In this document: piece after piece, positions 20,625-29,732 of the stretch | How the letters are laid out: the number at the start of each line of letters is the position of its first letter | Position numbering within the stretch: the stretch's first letter is position 1 | Assembly: GCA_963674865.2 (NCBI GenBank) | Contig: CAXXYE010000001.1 | Location: forward strand, 288,001-352,000 | DNA: 64,000 nt | DNA from: Candidatus Hydrogenedentota bacterium | GTDB lineage: Bacteria > Hydrogenedentota > Hydrogenedentia > Hydrogenedentales > SLHB01 | Direction: 5' to 3' | Notes under the pieces: model-generated | Seen by the model: the letters and a program-made list of their open reading frames with translations, nothing else | Told to the model about the DNA's origin: nothing | The model's database searches: none | Made by a program: the position numbers and the translations under genes

Positions 20625-21161
20625 GTGGATGGCATCTGGGAATTCATCTGGCGCTGGGAAACGCTCTGGTTCCTGCTGCTGATTGTCTATGTGCCTTGCT
20701 GCGTGGGGCTTATCACGATCGTGTTGCTTCAGAAGGGCAAAGGCACAGGCTTCGCCGGAGCCTTTGGTATGGGCGGCGGCTCGGAAGCCGTGTTCGGGCC
20801 CAGGGCCGGCAAGAGCCTGCCTGTCCGGCTCACCAAAGTGATGGCCGGGCTTTTCTTGACGTTGGCGCTGATCATGTCCCTGGTGGCCGGCCGCGTGGGC
20901 AAAGGCGTCGCGCCGGAACTGGTCGATGAGCCAAGCGAGGAAGTCAGCGGACTAACCGGCCTCGACGACTTGGATATCGGCGGCAAGCGCATTACGGAAG
21001 ACGGCAAGGTTGCCGACGCATCCGATGGTCAGGTTGAGGCGGCTCCCGAAGGGGGGATGTCGTCGACAGGCGGCGAGTCAACTTCTTCGCCTCCGGAGAG
21101 CGGCGACGTGGCCGCCCCAAGTGACCAGCCCGCCGATGACACAGACGAGGACGAAGGCTAG
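20625..21161 (+). CDS. secG: Preprotein translocase subunit SecG with acidic C-terminal tail
   Basis: VLLQKGKG.G..GAFG.GG...VFG motif, two TMs, canonical position after tpiA. Confidence 0.92.
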   Translation: MDGIWEFIWRWETLWFLLLIVYVPCCVGLITIVLLQKGKGTGFAGAFGMGGGSEAVFGPRAGKSLPVRLTKVMAGLFLTLALIMSLVAGRVGKGVAPELVDEPSEEVSGLTGLDDLDIGGKRITEDGKVADASDGQVEAAPEGGMSSTGGESTSSPPESGDVAAPSDQPADDTDEDEG

Positions 21162-21272
21162 CACGACCACGCCTCGGCGGGTCTGTACCTCTTCCTGTAG
21201 AACGGCGCCTCGTCGGAAGCTACCTGTCCTTAGGCATGCCACTAAGCCGCCGTCCGAAGAAGGCAAGAGCCA

Positions 21273-22526
21273 ATGGATAAGATTCTGATCCGCGGCGGCA
21301 ATCCCCTCCGGGGAAGCGTCCAGGTGCGCGGGGCCAAGAATGCCACACTGCCGCTTATGGCGGCGGCGATCCTCGCCGAGCAGCCCTGCGTACTGCACAA
21401 TGTGCCTTGCCTCCATGACATCTTCACCATGGACAAGATCCTGGCCGGTATGGGCATGACCATCGAGTTCACCGGCCGCTATATGACTCTCGACGCAAGC
21501 ACCATCAATGCCCAGGTCGCCCCCTACGACCTCGTCCGCAAGATGCGTGCTTCCTTTTTTGTTCTCGGGCCCTTGTTGGGGCGTTTCGGGAAGGCGCGCG
21601 TCTCTATGCCGGGAGGGTGTGCTATCGGTTCACGGCCCGTCGATATCCATCTGAAGGGCTTTGAGGCCATGGGCGCCCATGTGAGCATTGAAGAGGGATA
21701 CGTCATGGCCGAGGGCGGCCTCCAAGGCGCCGATTTTGCCCTGGATTTTCCCAGCGTGGGCGCCACCGAGAACCTGATGATGGCCGCGTGCCGCGCCAAG
21801 GGGGTCACTCGCCTGACCAACGTCGCCCGCGAGCCGGAAATCGCCGACTTGGCCCGGTTTCTCAACGCCATGGGCGCGCAAATCTCGGGTGCGGGCACGG
21901 ACCTTATCACTATCGTCGGCACGGATTCCCTCGGTGGAGCGGAGCACGTGGTGATCCCCGACCGCATCGAGGTCGGCACGTTCCTTATTGCCGGCGTGGC
22001 CACACACGGCGACATCACCGTGCAGAACGGCAATGCCGACCACCTGCCCGGCTTCCTCACCAAGTTGCGTGAAACCGGCGCGGAGGTGGAAGTACACGGC
22101 ACCAGCATCCGCGCCGCGGCCACAAATGGGATCAAGGCCGTCGATGTCATGACGCAGCCTTATCCAGGCTTCGCGACGGACCTTCAGGCCCAGACGATGG
22201 CCATGCTTTCGGTGGCCCAGGGCGTAAGCGTCATCAAGGAGAACGTGTTCGAGAATCGCTTCATGCAGGTGGCTGAACTGCGGCGAATGGGCGCGGATAT
22301 TGACCTCGACGGCAACGCGGCCGTCGTGCGGGGTGTTTCCGAACTCAAGGGTGCGCCCGTCATGGCTTCGGACTTGCGCGCCAGCGCCGCCCTTGTTATC
22401 GCGGGGCTCATCGCGCGGAAGGGCGAGACGGCGGTATCCCGCGTGTATCACATCGATCGCGGATACGAACGAATCGAAGAGCGTTTGGCCGCTCTAGGAG
22501 CCGATATCGAACGCGTCAGGACGTAG
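21273..22526 (+). CDS. murA: UDP-N-acetylglucosamine 1-carboxyvinyltransferase
   Basis: GAKNA, KMRAS, PGGCAIGSRP (active-site Cys), SVGATEN, PDRIE, FENRF, DLRA, HIDRGYE. Confidence 0.99.
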   Translation: MDKILIRGGNPLRGSVQVRGAKNATLPLMAAAILAEQPCVLHNVPCLHDIFTMDKILAGMGMTIEFTGRYMTLDASTINAQVAPYDLVRKMRASFFVLGPLLGRFGKARVSMPGGCAIGSRPVDIHLKGFEAMGAHVSIEEGYVMAEGGLQGADFALDFPSVGATENLMMAACRAKGVTRLTNVAREPEIADLARFLNAMGAQISGAGTDLITIVGTDSLGGAEHVVIPDRIEVGTFLIAGVATHGDITVQNGNADHLPGFLTKLRETGAEVEVHGTSIRAAATNGIKAVDVMTQPYPGFATDLQAQTMAMLSVAQGVSVIKENVFENRFMQVAELRRMGADIDLDGNAAVVRGVSELKGAPVMASDLRASAALVIAGLIARKGETAVSRVYHIDRGYERIEERLAALGADIERVRT

Positions 22527-22554
22527 CGGGCATCAAGAACGGAGTAAGATTGAC

Positions 22555-23508
22555 ATGCGTGTGCTTATCACCGGTTCCAGTGGGCAGATCGGAACGAACC
22601 TTGCCCTGCGGCTGCTTGACGAGGGGCACTACGTTTTCGGCGTCGATGTCCGGCGAAACACGTGGACGGATAAGATCGAGACTCTCTACCAGGATCTCAG
22701 CATGCCCTACCGCAACTTCAAAGGCGGTATCGGGCATGTCGAATACCCCCCGAACTTGGACATTGTTGTCCACCTAGCGGCCCACGCCAAAGTCCACGAG
22801 CTTGTCGAGCAACCCGAGCGCGCACTCGAGAACATCACGATGACTTTCAATGCGCTCGAGTTCTGCCGCGCCAATGACCTCCCCATTATCTTCAGCAGCT
22901 CCCGGGAAGTTTACGGCGATATCCACCGGTATATCACCGAGGAGTCGCACGCCGACTTCAGCTTCACTGAAAGCCCTTACAGCGCAAGCAAGATCTCGGG
23001 CGAGGCGCTCGTCTATTCCTATGCACAGTGCTATGAGCTGCCCTACATCGTGTTTCGTTTCAGCAACGTCTACGGACGCTATGACAACGACATCGAGCGT
23101 ATGGAGCGCGTTATCCCTTTGTTCATACACCGAATCAAACGCGGCGAGCCCATCACCGTCTTCGGCAAGAAGAAGACACTCGACTTCACCTACGTCGATG
23201 ACTGTGTCGACGGCATCATCAGAGGTATCGATACGCTGGTGAGCCGCCGCGATCTTGCCGAAACGATCAACCTGGCCTACGGACAAGGCCAGACGCTCGT
23301 TTCCATGGCCCAATACATCGGCGAGGAACTTGGCGCCGAGCCTCAAATGACCATCGCACCCACCCGCGTCGGCGAGGTCACGCACTACGTCGCCGATATC
23401 GGCAAGGCCCGAGCCTTGTTGGACTACAATCCCACCACGTGCCTCCGTGAAGGCATCGCGAAAGCTATCGCCTGGTCGAAGGAATTCGCCGCACAACATT
23501 CGGTATAA
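22555..23508 (+). CDS. NAD-dependent nucleotide-sugar epimerase/dehydratase (extended SDR)
   Basis: ITGSSGQIG Rossmann motif, SSSREVYG, PYSASK (YxxxK), RFSNVYG, DFTYVDD. Confidence 0.92.
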   Translation: MRVLITGSSGQIGTNLALRLLDEGHYVFGVDVRRNTWTDKIETLYQDLSMPYRNFKGGIGHVEYPPNLDIVVHLAAHAKVHELVEQPERALENITMTFNALEFCRANDLPIIFSSSREVYGDIHRYITEESHADFSFTESPYSASKISGEALVYSYAQCYELPYIVFRFSNVYGRYDNDIERMERVIPLFIHRIKRGEPITVFGKKKTLDFTYVDDCVDGIIRGIDTLVSRRDLAETINLAYGQGQTLVSMAQYIGEELGAEPQMTIAPTRVGEVTHYVADIGKARALLDYNPTTCLREGIAKAIAWSKEFAAQHSV

Positions 23509-23613
23509 TCCCGGCCAAATCCAAGTATGCATTCCCTGTGCCAAAGAGTGGAGTGTAGGTGTGTAAGTTCGCGACTTCTTCTTGAGGTTTTTCGACAAAG
23601 GAAATGACCGACC

Positions 23614-24918
23614 ATGAAGATGCTCGAGATCGGTGACAAACTGGCGCTCGAAGAGGCTGTGCGTTTGCTAACCTGCCGCGCCGCTGACGGCGGGGTGGGA
23701 AGCGCATCGGCCGAAAAAGCCCAGGCTGTGGCGGCCATTGTCGAGGCCGTGCGCGAGCGCGGCGACGAGGCTGTAGCCGAATACACGCAACAATTTGACG
23801 GTGTGGCCCTTGCGCCAGGCGACTTCGAGTTGTCCGCCGAGGAGCTTGAAACGGCGGCTTCGCAGGTCGAGCGCCCCTTGCTGGCCGCCTTGGAGCGCGC
23901 CTGCGAGAACATCCGCCGCTTTCACGCGAATAACCTACGCGAGTCGTGGGAGGAGACGGCGGAGGACGGCACTGTCCTCGGGCAGCGTATCACGCCTATC
24001 GAGCGGGTCGGCGTGTACGTTCCCGGCGGAAAGGCCTTCTATCCATCCTCCGTCCTGATGAATATTGTTCCCGCCCGGGTGGCCGGCGTGTCTGAGATCG
24101 TCATGGTATCGCCGCCGTCGTACGAGGGTGCGATCAACCCGGTGGTTCTGGCCGCCGCCCGTATCGCGGGCGCCACCCGCGTGTTCCGTGTCGGCGGGGC
24201 TCAGGCTATTGCCGCGCTGGCATACGGCACGGAAACGATCCCGCCTGTGCTCAAGATCACAGGCCCGGGCAACACGTATGTCACCATCGCCAAGCGGCTT
24301 GTGCAGTCTGTATGCGCCATTGACACCGAGGCCGGGCCGTCCGAAGTCGTTGTCATCGCTGACGCGAAGGCCGATCCCCGTTACGTCGCCGCGGAGATGC
24401 TTGCCCAGGCCGAGCACGACGAAGAAGCCGCCGCGATTCTGCTAACCTCTTCGGGCGACCTGGCCCGCGCGGTACTTGCGGAGATCGACGCGCAAAGTGC
24501 GGATCTTGCGCGAGAGGGGATCATTCGTAAAGCCCTGGAAGCGCAGGGCGCTGTTGTCGTCACCCGAAGCCTTGATGAGGCGGCGCGGATTACCGATGAA
24601 CTCGCTCCGGAACACCTGGTTATCTGTACCGAGTATCCCAGGAAAGTTTTCGACAAGGTGTCGAATGTAGGGGCCGCGTTCCTTGGCTCCATGAGTCCGG
24701 TGGCCATCGGCGACTACTATGCCGGCCCCAACCACATCCTGCCCACGGCGCGCCGAGCCCGATTCGCCTCGCCGCTGACAACAGAGGATTTTCGCAAGGT
24801 TACCAGCGTCATTTCCTATTCAAAGGAACGCCTGATGAAGGATGCGGACGATATTATCCGCCTTGCCACCGCCGAGCAACTGACGGCGCACGCAAACACC
24901 GTGGAGATTCGCAAGTGA
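23614..24918 (+). CDS. hisD: Histidinol dehydrogenase
   Basis: GVYVPGG, GGAQAIAALAYGT, GPGN, AGPSE, QAEHD, APEHL, GDY.AGPNHILPT. Confidence 0.98.
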   Translation: MKMLEIGDKLALEEAVRLLTCRAADGGVGSASAEKAQAVAAIVEAVRERGDEAVAEYTQQFDGVALAPGDFELSAEELETAASQVERPLLAALERACENIRRFHANNLRESWEETAEDGTVLGQRITPIERVGVYVPGGKAFYPSSVLMNIVPARVAGVSEIVMVSPPSYEGAINPVVLAAARIAGATRVFRVGGAQAIAALAYGTETIPPVLKITGPGNTYVTIAKRLVQSVCAIDTEAGPSEVVVIADAKADPRYVAAEMLAQAEHDEEAAAILLTSSGDLARAVLAEIDAQSADLAREGIIRKALEAQGAVVVTRSLDEAARITDELAPEHLVICTEYPRKVFDKVSNVGAAFLGSMSPVAIGDYYAGPNHILPTARRARFASPLTTEDFRKVTSVISYSKERLMKDADDIIRLATAEQLTAHANTVEIRK

Positions 24919-25964
24919 AGTACAGACGCGCCATCCTGAAGGATGTCGAAGGTTACGTTCCCGGGGAGCAGCCCCGAGGCGACGGCGTCATCAAGCTCAA
25001 CACCAATGAGAATCCCTATCCGCCATCGCCCAAGGTGGTTGAGGCCCTGCACGCGCTTGGCGTCGAGGCTGTCCGCCGTTATCCCGATCCTGTATCGCTA
25101 GCCCTTCGCAAAGCCTGTGCGGAGCGCTACGGCTACGAAGGGAGTGACTGGGTCATTATCGGCAACGGCATGGACGAACTCCTGGCGCTGGCTATCCGCA
25201 CCTTTGTTGATCCAGGGGACACCGTGTTGACGACGTATCCTACGTACACGCTGTACGAGACGCTCGCGCGCTTGCATGGCGCGCGCATCGAGGCGATTGA
25301 GCTGGATCCGGAGTTCCAGCTAACGGAGACCTTTTTCAGCCAGCGCGCCCGGCTGTGCTTCCTACCGCGCCCGAATGCCCCGAGCGGGGTGTCCGCCCAA
25401 CGCAGCGCAGTCGAGCGTCTCTGTAAGGAATTCGGCGGGATCGTTGTCGTCGACGAGGCCTACGTGGATTTCGCCGATGACAACTGCATGGACCTGCCGG
25501 GCCGCTTCGAGAATGTCATCGTGATGCGCACGTTTTCCAAGTCTTTCAGCCTTGCCGGCCTCCGGGTCGGCGCGGCGGTGGCCCAGCCTGCCGTCATCGC
25601 GGAGTTTCTCAAGACGAAGGACTCCTATAACATGAGTGCCCCGAGTCAGGCCGCGGGACTCGCTGCGATGCAAGATTACGCCTACATGGAGGCGAACGCC
25701 GCCAAAGTTCGCGCCACCCGCGCACGCCTCATCGAGGAGTTGCGCGCCATGGGATTCACTGTGCCGCCGTCACAGGCGAACTTCGTCTTGGCGCAATGGC
25801 AGGGGACCCCCTCCGCTAAGCAGATCTTCGAGCGGCTCAAGAAGCGCCGGATCTATGTCCGCTATTTCAATGCACGCCGCCTGGATGACGCCCTGCGCAT
25901 CACTGTTGGCACGGACGAGGAAACCGACGCCCTGTTGGATGCCTTGCGCGAGATTCTTGCCTGA
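24915..25964 (+). CDS. hisC: Histidinol-phosphate aminotransferase
   Basis: YVPGEQP, KLNTNENPYPPSP, RYPD, DEAYVDF, RTFSKSFSLAGLRVG; overlaps hisD (GTGA). Confidence 0.97.
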   Translation: MKYRRAILKDVEGYVPGEQPRGDGVIKLNTNENPYPPSPKVVEALHALGVEAVRRYPDPVSLALRKACAERYGYEGSDWVIIGNGMDELLALAIRTFVDPGDTVLTTYPTYTLYETLARLHGARIEAIELDPEFQLTETFFSQRARLCFLPRPNAPSGVSAQRSAVERLCKEFGGIVVVDEAYVDFADDNCMDLPGRFENVIVMRTFSKSFSLAGLRVGAAVAQPAVIAEFLKTKDSYNMSAPSQAAGLAAMQDYAYMEANAAKVRATRARLIEELRAMGFTVPPSQANFVLAQWQGTPSAKQIFERLKKRRIYVRYFNARRLDDALRITVGTDEETDALLDALREILA

Positions 25965-26004
25965 TTGGCCCGAGTGGCTTGCCCGTCGCCGGCAGCGCCG
26001 CCTC

Positions 26005-27051
26005 TTAGACGTCCATTTCGCGTAGCATTTTCGGCCATGCCTGATCCGCGTAGAAGCGATGCCCTTCTTCCCCAACGACGAGGTGGCAATGCCGCTCTGC
26101 GCCCGCCGCCCGGTAGATGCGCTTCAGAGCGCGGAATGCCTTTCGTACGGCGGCGATTGGGAAGATGGGATCCTCCTTGCCTGCCACGATGACCACCGGC
26201 TTCGGCGCGAACAGGCCCATCACGTCGGACATCTCCGCGTACTGGTAGAGGCCCGGCACATAATTGTCCATGCAGTGGTAGATGGACATGATCGAGTCGC
26301 GGAACGTGCAGAAGTAGCACGACGGCATGGCAAACTTCAGCGGGGGCAGTAACGCGGCGCTGAACAAGGAGATTGTCCCGCCTCCCGAATTCCCCATGAC
26401 GCCCAGCCGCGAGAAATCGACGTCATCACGCGTTTTCAAGTAATCAATCGCCCGGCCGACGTCGTACACCCGTTCTCCCATGAGCGTTCTGCCAAGCATG
26501 AGGGCGTGCATCGTCGCGTCATGGCACCCGTGGGATGAGGCCTGCTTCTGAACCTGTTCCTTGCGCTCCCCGAACGAGCGCTGCTCGATGCATAGAGCGG
26601 CCACGCCTCGGGCCATGCAGCCGATGCCAAAGTTGCGGTCGCCGGCGACTTTGATGGGCTTACTGTTGTCTTCGCGATCCACGGCTATCGAGTTGTGCAT
26701 GCCCGTCGAGTGGCCTTGGAGGCAGATCATCGTCGGATGCGGCTTCGGGCCTTTCCGAGGAATGCACATGAACGCCGGAACGTCTGAATAAGGCTCCGCG
26801 GCGAAGACGAGCTTCTCGATGGTTCCCAGCGGATGCTCCCGCTTCCATAGCGAGCGTACATTCAGCGGCACCCGGGGCATCTTGTTCATCGCGGATAGCC
26901 CGAGCAGATCGCGCACCTTTCGCCGTAGCCGCCGCTGCCAAGTGGCCACGTCTCCGCCATCGTAGGCGAGCGAAGGTGTGATCCGATCCATGAGGTATCG
27001 ATGATTCAGGGTGGGGGAGAAGTGGAACGCGGCCTTCTTTGCGCGGCTCAT
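26005..27051 (-). CDS. Alpha/beta hydrolase (esterase, acetyl xylan esterase-like)
   Basis: Nucleophile elbow GNSGGG, G.ED.IF acid, GHRFY His, and HCMDNYVPG. Confidence 0.8.
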   Translation of the reverse strand: MSRAKKAAFHFSPTLNHRYLMDRITPSLAYDGGDVATWQRRLRRKVRDLLGLSAMNKMPRVPLNVRSLWKREHPLGTIEKLVFAAEPYSDVPAFMCIPRKGPKPHPTMICLQGHSTGMHNSIAVDREDNSKPIKVAGDRNFGIGCMARGVAALCIEQRSFGERKEQVQKQASSHGCHDATMHALMLGRTLMGERVYDVGRAIDYLKTRDDVDFSRLGVMGNSGGGTISLFSAALLPPLKFAMPSCYFCTFRDSIMSIYHCMDNYVPGLYQYAEMSDVMGLFAPKPVVIVAGKEDPIFPIAAVRKAFRALKRIYRAAGAERHCHLVVGEEGHRFYADQAWPKMLREMDV

Positions 27052-27239
27052 GACCTAAGGACTCCTAAACGGTTGCGCCCCCTAAGGGGCGGACTATGAT
27101 GACTACTCGCGCCAAAACTCGGTGCAATGTAGTCGAAATCCCGAGAGAATTCCACCCGCAAGCGTGGCCGTGGTTCGCCGAAACCGTTGTTGTAGCAACT
27201 TAAGCGGCGTGTCGGAACCGGCTCAAGCCCGTTCGGGAC

Positions 27240-27268
27240 ATGACGCCGCTCGCGGGCTCTGCTATACT
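27240..27268 (+). promoter_or_regulatory. Putative sigma-70 promoter of the TA operon
   Basis: ATGACG-17-TATACT with an extended TG, about 30 nt upstream of ATG 27301. Confidence 0.45.
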
Positions 27269-27300
27269 GGAAAGCGTCAACAGTATAGGGGATCGAAAGG

Positions 27301-27600
27301 ATGAACTTGCCCATCGAGATCGATAGAGCACGGCTTGCCGTCTTCTGCCGCAAGCATCATCTCACCAAATTGGCGCTGTTTGGCTCCGTGTTGACAGACC
27401 GCTTCGGGCCCGAGAGTGATGTAGACGTGCTGGTCGAGTTTGATCCGGAACATGTCCCCGGCCTCATCGCCCTGAGCGGCATGGAGCGGGAGCTATCTGA
27501 GATCCTTGGTCGCAAGGCCGATATGCGCACGCCCAACGATTTGAGCCGCTTCTTCCGCGACCAGGTAGTGCAAACCGCGCAGGTCCAGTATGCTGCTTGA
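27301..27600 (+). CDS. mntA: Minimal nucleotidyltransferase antitoxin
   Basis: GS-X10-DXD motif (FGSVLTDRFGPESDVD), 99 aa, overlaps the HEPN gene. Confidence 0.9.
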   Translation: MNLPIEIDRARLAVFCRKHHLTKLALFGSVLTDRFGPESDVDVLVEFDPEHVPGLIALSGMERELSEILGRKADMRTPNDLSRFFRDQVVQTAQVQYAA

Positions 27601-27931
27601 TTCCGATCGGAACCGCCTGCGCCATATGGTTGAGGCCGCCCAAGAGGCCGTGGGATACGTCGAGAGCTTGCCGAGAGACGAGTTTGGCTCGCAGCGCCCG
27701 CTCCAGCATTCGGTGGTGCGCTGTATCGAGGTCATCGGAGAAGCGGCCTCCCGGCTTTCCCCGGGATTCTGCAAAGCCCATTCGGATATCCCGTGGCAGG
27801 ATATGGTCGGGATGCGCAACAGGTTGATTCACGCCTACTTTGACCTTGATATGGACCTCATCTGGCAAACCGCCAGCCGGGAGCTTCCTGACCTCATTTC
27901 GCGACTTGAGGCGCTCTTGAAAGAGTCCTGA
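27590..27931 (+). CDS. hepT: HEPN/DUF86 RNase toxin (type VII TA)
   Basis: R-X4-H-X-Y motif RNRLIHAY, EVIGEA, IPW...GMR. Confidence 0.9.
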   Translation: MLLDSDRNRLRHMVEAAQEAVGYVESLPRDEFGSQRPLQHSVVRCIEVIGEAASRLSPGFCKAHSDIPWQDMVGMRNRLIHAYFDLDMDLIWQTASRELPDLISRLEALLKES

Positions 27932-28221
27932 GACTCCCCTGGCTGGTCCTCAATACTCACGCTGTCCTGTTGACCGCATGGAGTTTGAGGCAGTCTTGAC
28001 CGCGCCGGGACCAGCCGCATTCGGTTCGCGATGCGGCCGCCGCGACGGCGGCTCTGCGGGAGTCGCCTCCCTTTTTCAGCGGTATTTCGCCCATAATAGA
28101 GGAGGGTAGGAACAGGATAAGTGTTTGTGGCCTTGAAAGGTGGAAGAATTGCGCCTACCATGGGTAGGCATATACAGTTTCGCCGATGAAGCGTGCCGCC
28201 GTGGAATGGAGGACGTAACTC

Positions 28222-29580
28222 ATGCACGGTAATGCGAAAAACATGGTACTGGCAGCCGCACTAGCCGCGCTTTCCACGATGGCAGCGCCCCTCTCCGCGG
28301 CGGCGGAAGCGGAAGAGCCTGAGTTCTTCTACTACTACTTCGACGAAGTGAGGTATCTCTCATTGTGCCCGTACCGTGTCACAGTGAAGTTCGAAGAAGG
28401 CCTATCCGAGGCGGAGCAGGCCGACATCCTGATGGGTGAACCTGCGCTCGATCCCGCGGGGGAGTGGTGGTTCGGCGACGGGCCCGATGTGGACGTTATC
28501 GGCGTGAAGCCAGGTGTGACCGGCTGGACTATTGTGGAGACTTTGGACAGGTTGTATGCCGCGGACGGCGTATACTATGCCACACCCATATTTGGCCAAG
28601 CCGGCGATGCACTCATAGATGACATATTCATCGTGTCGGTGCCCAATACCACGACGTATGAGAGTGTTGCGGCATTCAATGCCAAGCATTCTGTAGAGGT
28701 GGTGAAGACCTATGATTTTGGATTAATAGGGAAGACATTGTACCTGATGCGGGTTACGAAGGCTTCAGGTATGAATGCTTTGCTGATGTGCAACGTCTAC
28801 CACGATACCGACGAGCTGGACGTTTCGGGCTCCGGCCCAAACTTCTGGTTCCTGTACAACATCCTCTGCGGCGGGGACTATGCGTCTGAAGAACTCCATC
28901 TGTATCACCAGGCCGGCAGGAGGACCCTAGCTCTTGTGGCTTCCCTGGAGCGTGCGGCCGTGTGTTTCGAGTCCGCCTTGACGAACGCCGAAAAGGAGGT
29001 GATTCTCGCCACGGAGCCGGTGTTGGCCCCATCTACCGAGTGGTGGAGGGTCGAAGGGGAGGCATTCGAGATCGTCGGCGTCGTCGCAGGCGCCGCGGAA
29101 AACGACCTGTTTGATGCTTTGGATAGGCTTCATGCGGTGGAGGGGGTGGTCTTCGCGACACCTATCGTGCAGTCGAAGGAGGGGTTCGAGTCCGTCATTA
29201 CCGACGCGTTCTACGTCGAGTGTTCTACTGCCACGGACCTGGAAGCGCTGAACGCGGAGCACAGCGTCATCCTGACGGAAACGGTGATCCCCGGCGCTGA
29301 TCGCGTGGGCTATTGGCTTCAGGTCACGAAAGCGTCCGGCATGAACGCCCTTGAGATGGCCATCGTCTACGATGATGCTCTCGATGCCTTTCGGGCCTCC
29401 CCCGAATTGATTCCTCTCTATGGAAAGAAGGCCGAGCAGGCCTGCTGCCCCTTCGGCTGCGCCGCGGCAACGGTGGGCGCCCCCGAGCGAAGCATGCGGC
29501 CTGGTGTTGCCTTCTTTGCCTGTGTGGCTTCCTTGCTGGCGCTCCTGACAGTCCTGCAAAGGAGATCCCCAACACCGTAG
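28222..29580 (+). CDS. Secreted protein with a tandem ~185-aa internal duplication and a C-terminal Cys-motif/TM anchor
   Basis: Signal peptide; VTKASGMNAL present twice; CCPFGC followed by a TM and QRR at the C-terminus. Confidence 0.7.
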   Translation: MHGNAKNMVLAAALAALSTMAAPLSAAAEAEEPEFFYYYFDEVRYLSLCPYRVTVKFEEGLSEAEQADILMGEPALDPAGEWWFGDGPDVDVIGVKPGVTGWTIVETLDRLYAADGVYYATPIFGQAGDALIDDIFIVSVPNTTTYESVAAFNAKHSVEVVKTYDFGLIGKTLYLMRVTKASGMNALLMCNVYHDTDELDVSGSGPNFWFLYNILCGGDYASEELHLYHQAGRRTLALVASLERAAVCFESALTNAEKEVILATEPVLAPSTEWWRVEGEAFEIVGVVAGAAENDLFDALDRLHAVEGVVFATPIVQSKEGFESVITDAFYVECSTATDLEALNAEHSVILTETVIPGADRVGYWLQVTKASGMNALEMAIVYDDALDAFRASPELIPLYGKKAEQACCPFGCAAATVGAPERSMRPGVAFFACVASLLALLTVLQRRSPTP

Positions 29581-29732
29581 CTCGGTTTATTTGCCTCTGC
29601 ATCGATGGGTGACGACCCGTCCTACGCCGAGGAGTAGGGCGGATTGCAGTCCGCCGACAGTTTTCCATCCCGCCCCCCCGCCATGCTACATTTCGTGAAG
29701 GGCACACGGCCTTCAAGGGAAAGGGGACGGAT

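Noticed and set aside
21162..21272. Possible tRNA after secG (a common position)
   Set aside because: No T-arm GTTCRA and no cloverleaf.
27301..27931. TA pair as a marker of a mobile element
   Set aside because: No integrase, transposase, att site or target duplication is visible.
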